From Amoeboradix gromovi X-113 (taxonomy: Eukaryota > Fungi > Sanchytriomycota), in NCBI GenBank assembly GCA_018985225.1, contig JADGIF010000086.1, positions 1 through 21,932 of the forward strand: DNA of 21,932 bases. Reading direction: 5' to 3'. Position 1 is the stretch's first letter. Each line of letters begins with the position of its first letter. This document shows, piece by piece, positions 17,742-21,932 of this stretch. The notes under the pieces are model-generated. The model did not search any database. It had not been told where the DNA came from and was given only the letters and a program-made list of their open reading frames with translations. A program made the translations under genes and the position numbers.

Positions 17742-17777
17742 AATAAGAATGAATTAAGTAAATTTATATTTATTAGT

Positions 17778-18626
17778 TTACAATGGTTTAACACCGAAAT
17801 GCCTTCTTAAACTCTCGTAAACAAGGAAAGTGATAACGGTGTGAGGTCCTATTCTTAACCAGTTGAACACATACCCCTTATAGAATCCTAAAAATCCCTC
17901 TTGCTGGAATATACTCTGAGCGCAATGAAAAACAGATTTGTATTGATTATTTTGGTTCATCCATCGCGATTTTATAACGTCAACTGGAGAGGTAGTGGTA
18001 GCCACAACAAAAGAAGCAAGCAAACTACATGCTAGATGTGTTTTGATTCCTTCGCTCCAGTTTCTTGACTTTAAATATTGCTTTGCTTGATCGTAAGAAG
18101 GTAACTGAGAGGCTGTAAGGATCATAGCACGTATTGTAGTAGGTAAGACACCACGGTACAGACCCAGAAAACCATCTTTTTTTATAATTTTAGTAAAGCA
18201 ATCTATCATTCCGCTGTATGGTGAATCTTTGGCTTGTAACCTGATTTTTACTAGATCAGTAGGATTAGCTAATGAGCTAGCAATAGCTCCGGCCATTGCG
18301 CCACTCATAATCTTTCGGATTAGACTCTGATTTCCAGTAGAGCCCGCTACGCTGTCTAATGTATCGCGAATCGGTTCATAAAGTCCCATTCTCATAGTAG
18401 AATAAGTGCTCTCTCTTAGCATACTAGGTCCGAGACCCTGTATTGCAAAATTAATATTTCCGCCAGAAATAAACTTTATTCGTTCTATTACAGATAAATG
18501 ATTTAAATTACCCGAGTTTAACTGCAGCCTGATCTTAATTACATCTATTGGATTGGTAATAAACCCAGCAGTCATGCAACTGGCTCCACCTAGAAAATAT
18601 TTAACTGGATTACTTTTTTCAGCCAT
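17778..18626 (-). CDS. Mitochondrial carrier (SLC25; UCP/dicarboxylate-oxoglutarate group)
   Basis: Three Px(D/E)xxKxR signatures (PIDVIKIR, PTDLVKIR, PVDVIKSR); YSTMRMGLYE, ASQLPSYD, RIGPHT. First ATG at 18626. Confidence 0.92.
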   Translation of the reverse strand: MAEKSNPVKYFLGGASCMTAGFITNPIDVIKIRLQLNSGNLNHLSVIERIKFISGGNINFAIQGLGPSMLRESTYSTMRMGLYEPIRDTLDSVAGSTGNQSLIRKIMSGAMAGAIASSLANPTDLVKIRLQAKDSPYSGMIDCFTKIIKKDGFLGLYRGVLPTTIRAMILTASQLPSYDQAKQYLKSRNWSEGIKTHLACSLLASFVVATTTSPVDVIKSRWMNQNNQYKSVFHCAQSIFQQEGFLGFYKGYVFNWLRIGPHTVITFLVYESLRRHFGVKPL

Positions 18627-19350
18627 TAAAACAGTGCAAGATAATGAAATGATAAGAATTGATATCTTACAAACCTTGACAAATGTAAGCGTAAGCTTAT
18701 GCTTTAAAAAACTGAAAGTAAGTGCAATCAATTTTATGAGTATGCGACGATACTAGAGAATGATAAAGTAGCTATCGAAACACTGAGACTTGCTTTAACA
18801 ATTGAAACCCAAAGGCTAGAGTTTTGCATAAAAAGTTAAAATAGAATGATTTGGAATATTACTTTTCAGCTTTGGTGATAAATATGGGGTTACTCCGTAA
18901 AAATTACTACATTTACAGTGGCCAAAATTCCATATCCTATCTATTAGGCGACAACTAAGTCTTGCAAATTTCTACCCTACAGTGACAACGTGAGTTCTGT
19001 ATCTTCAACAGACTATCTTTCTACACTTCCAATGGAATGAAAGCTCAATGTTTGCTTTTCTTATTATGACAAATGCCTTCTAACCACCACAGTCAGAACA
19101 TCTCATAGCACAAGAGGTCACTGCGAGAAATGATAAAGCATTCTGAAGGAGCCATTCTAAGCATAGAAATGTATGCCTGTGCCATTTACATGGTGTCCAA
19201 GAGTCGTTTGGTATCTAGAATCTTTTTCAAATAGGCATCGTATGTAAGAGGTTTGTTCAATAAAAAAAGAATGTTAAGACGGCCATGTACTTATGAGCTG
19301 GTGCTCGTGAGAGCTTTTAGAACAATTTAAATAAAGGTTATCCCAATTTA

Positions 19351-20207
19351 TTAGCCACTTTTTCCCTTTTTGCAATTTGTCAAGCTACATTCCCAAAACT
19401 GCACACCAAATTCATCATTTGTAACACTTTCAGGTGGATACACTTCTTTCTTTTGGAAGTAAACAACATTTTTACCCTTAAAAGTAGCATCCAATGCTAA
19501 TTTTACTGGGAAATCACCACTTTTCTCAACAGGCGTTCCAAATAGTATTGAAACAATTGTGAAGATCCACCTTATATGCCATTGCAAGTCTCTTTGGGCT
19601 CCGGTGTTCACCAAGCCAGGGTTGTAGAGGATAACAGTGGTTTTTGATTTCTGTTTTTCCAATCTTTTTGTAAACTCACTAACAAATACATCGTTACACT
19701 TTGTTGGTATTCTGACCACAAGCGACCCCTGATTCTTGGACTGCTTGTTTGCTAGATCATCTAAATCAAGTGGAACACTCCAATTTGATTTTGGGCCAGC
19801 CACAATTACTATCCTACTTTGTGGAATCTTGTTCAATAATGGCAAAAGCTCTGTAGCAAACAAAAATCTTTGCAGGTAGTTACAACAAAACTCTGTTCAA
19901 TACCTTCGGCAGTGTGACTTGGCTTGAATAAGCATAGAGCAGCTGAGTTATACAATATGTCAATGCCATTCACTGCAATATCTTGTACTTTCTTAATAGC
20001 TGATCGCACGTTTTCTATCAAGGACAAATCAGAAACTATAACATGGACCTTGCAAGACGGATTTACGTACAAACACGCATTTTTGATTAGCTCTCCCTTT
20101 TTAGCCGACCTACCCACTAGAATGAGATTTTCCACTTTGTTCTTAGCCAAACCAAGGGCAGTATAATAACCAATTCCGTTTGTAGCGCCAACCACGACTG
20201 CCAACAT
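19351..20207 (-). pseudogene. Retinol-dehydrogenase/WWOX-like SDR with a 1-nt frameshift near 19880
   Basis: VGATNGIG, DLS, IDILYNSA, RIVIVA, NPGLVNT. Adding one A gives EQSFVVNYLQRFLFATELL. Pseudogene or sequencing error. Confidence 0.75.
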
Positions 20208-20358
20208 GCGCGTTTCAAATTTCAAGTTAAATTCATGAATATCCCAATTGAATTGGAAATAAATCAGATTCTTTATTTATGAGTTTGAATTTTATTTTCA
20301 AGATTGTTTTTTCTGTGACATTTTTACATTTGAAACATATTTTACAAACAGATCACAA

Positions 20359-21521
20359 ATGTCACCTACAAGTGAAAAGAGCGATCAGAAAAGTGAATTT
20401 GTAAAGTTTCTTGGTGGCTTAACCTCGTTTACCGGTGATTTATCTGCTATAACCTCGCCATCTTTCTTGTTGAATGGTCTAAGTATGACTGAGTACTCGG
20501 CTTATTATGCAGATCATCCTGCTTACTTTAAATCCATTAACTGTGAAGACCCAACAGAGAGACTAGTAAATGTAGTCAAATGGTTCATATCTCAGTTATA
20601 TGGCAGTTATGCTAGTAGAGTTCCTGAAAAAAAACCATATAATCCAATTTTAGGTGAACAATATTTTGCTACCTCTGAAGGCCTCAGTCTCAGCGTTGAG
20701 CAGACATCACATCATCCACCTGTTACTTCCTTTCATTTGGAAGGCAACAATGTCAATGTTACTGGCCAAGTCAAGCAAAAATCCTCATTCAAAGGGACAT
20801 GGATTCAGGTTATTCCTTATGGCAGACTAGTACTTACAACGGTGGATGATATCTATTTAATATCACTTCCTCAGCTAGCACTACGCGGTTTGTTCAGTGG
20901 TAATGTTTTTATCGAACTAATGGGACAAGTTAAAATTGTTTCCAAAATTGGATATTCAGCTCATTTTGAATTCATACCAAAGGCGTGGTTTAGTGGGCAA
21001 TACCATACATTCAAAGTAGATTTGTTTAATCCTGAAAAAGAGTTGTTTGCTAATATAAGTGGGAAATGGACAGAGGAAGTTAAAATTAAATTTGTTAATA
21101 CATCACCACCATCAAATGATAGAGTTTTATTTGATGCCACTCAAGAAAAACGTACTCCTGTAGTTAACAGACCAATTGAAGAGCAAGGACCATTAGAGAC
21201 ACATCATGTTTGGGGAAAAGTGACTCAAGCATTGAAAGATTCTAATTACACTGCCGCTAATAAGTTTAAATCCGATATCGAAGAAGAGCAGCGCCGATTA
21301 AGAAAGGAAAGAATCGAAGATTGGAAACCAGCGCATTTTGAATTTATTAAGGATGATGCTAACCCAGAGCTGTTAGAGCTAACTAAACAAATGTCACGTA
21401 TTTGGAATATAGGCGCCAGACAAGAGGAAGAAGTAGACGGTGTAAAAGTAATTTAGTATTAATATAGGTAAAAGCTGAAGGTCTGACAATTGAAGATGGG
21501 TACTTTGCGTTCAAAGGATAA
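20359..21521 (+). CDS. Oxysterol-binding protein, Kes1/Osh4-like; exons 20359-21447 and 21468-21521
   Basis: GDLSAITSPSFLL, EKKPYNPILGE, EQTSHHPP, KSDIEEEQR. Splicing adds VKAEGLTIEDGYFAFKG. Confidence 0.9.
21448..21467 (+). other. 20-nt spliceosomal intron
   Basis: GTAATTTAGTATTAATATAG; same GTAAT/TAG ends as the other two introns, and it carries the ORF-terminating TAG. Confidence 0.65.
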
Positions 21522-21595
21522 CCACTAAATAAACAATCTGTCTTTTATATAGCACTAGAATTGCATTATCCGACGGTGCAGATATAAAACATTTC

Positions 21596-21808
21596 ATGAA
21601 TCCTTCTGGAAACGATTACAAAAATGGCGTAGTTCCAGAGTCAGTAAGAGCGGATGGAAGTGTGAGGAAACAGAGAAAAATAAAGCTAGGGCATTATGCT
21701 ACAGAAGATCGGACAAAATTTGAAAGTCCTGGAGAGAAAAACAAAAAGGCTGCTGAGAAGAAATACGGTAGTGTTCCTGGCATGGTATACAAAAATGAAA
21801 AAAACTAA
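21596..21808 (+). CDS. PYM1: Partner of Y14 and Mago (PYM/Wibg) N-terminal domain protein
   Basis: VPESVRADGSVRKQRKIKLGH matches the Mago-binding motif IP.s.RpDGt.RK..rvk.Gy; later VPG motif. Confidence 0.8.
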   Translation: MNPSGNDYKNGVVPESVRADGSVRKQRKIKLGHYATEDRTKFESPGEKNKKAAEKKYGSVPGMVYKNEKN

Positions 21809-21932
21809 CTTGGTAAGTAAATGCAATACAAAATTAGGACAATACTGGTTCCCTCTAAAGAGAAGCCACATGATAGTTGAGCAAATATAATTTATTCATT
21901 CGTTGGGACCATATCATACACATCGTTGGCAT

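Noticed and set aside
18740-19340. Possible further decayed element (CSDCGG, HVVTVG fragments on the minus strand)
   Set aside because: Motifs are out of order and interrupted by many stops; cannot be supported without a search.
560-21467. TAA/TAG-to-Gln recoding as an explanation of in-frame stops
   Set aside because: Long conserved ORFs have no internal TAA/TAG and end at them; the SLC12 break is a frame change that only a 19-nt intron fixes.
470-21890. Short ORFs overlapping real genes (e.g. 470-694, 2857-3189, 6684-7097, 9972-10487, 16632-16955, 21686-21871)
   Set aside because: Antisense or alternate-frame shadows of well-supported CDSs.

Overview
AT-rich, very gene-dense eukaryotic DNA in the standard genetic code. 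The gene set fits an early-diverging fungus or related opisthokont; the taxon cannot be fixed from this window. Host genes: PIG-T/GPI16, a small winged-helix-like protein, SEH1, a single-pass membrane protein with a T-x-Y-T-E repeat tail, a LEA_2-like membrane protein, RPL14, a beta-propeller-like protein, a KCC-type SLC12 cotransporter, RRP40, a 7TM-RGS protein, a CAP-domain protein, an SLC25 carrier, a frameshifted SDR, a Kes1/Osh4-type oxysterol-binding protein and PYM1. Three genes need ultra-short (19, 20, 21 nt) GTAAT...TAG introns. The main hidden signal is intergenic: up to six decayed Fanzor (eukaryotic TnpB-like RNA-guided nuclease) relics, five Fanzor1-like and one Fanzor2-like. At least two belong to a family of TA-flanked elements with ~34-bp terminal inverted repeats (TIRs), whose 3' ends fold into hairpins expected of an omegaRNA scaffold. 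No intact Fanzor or transposase ORF is present. All assignments are by eye from motifs; no searches were run.
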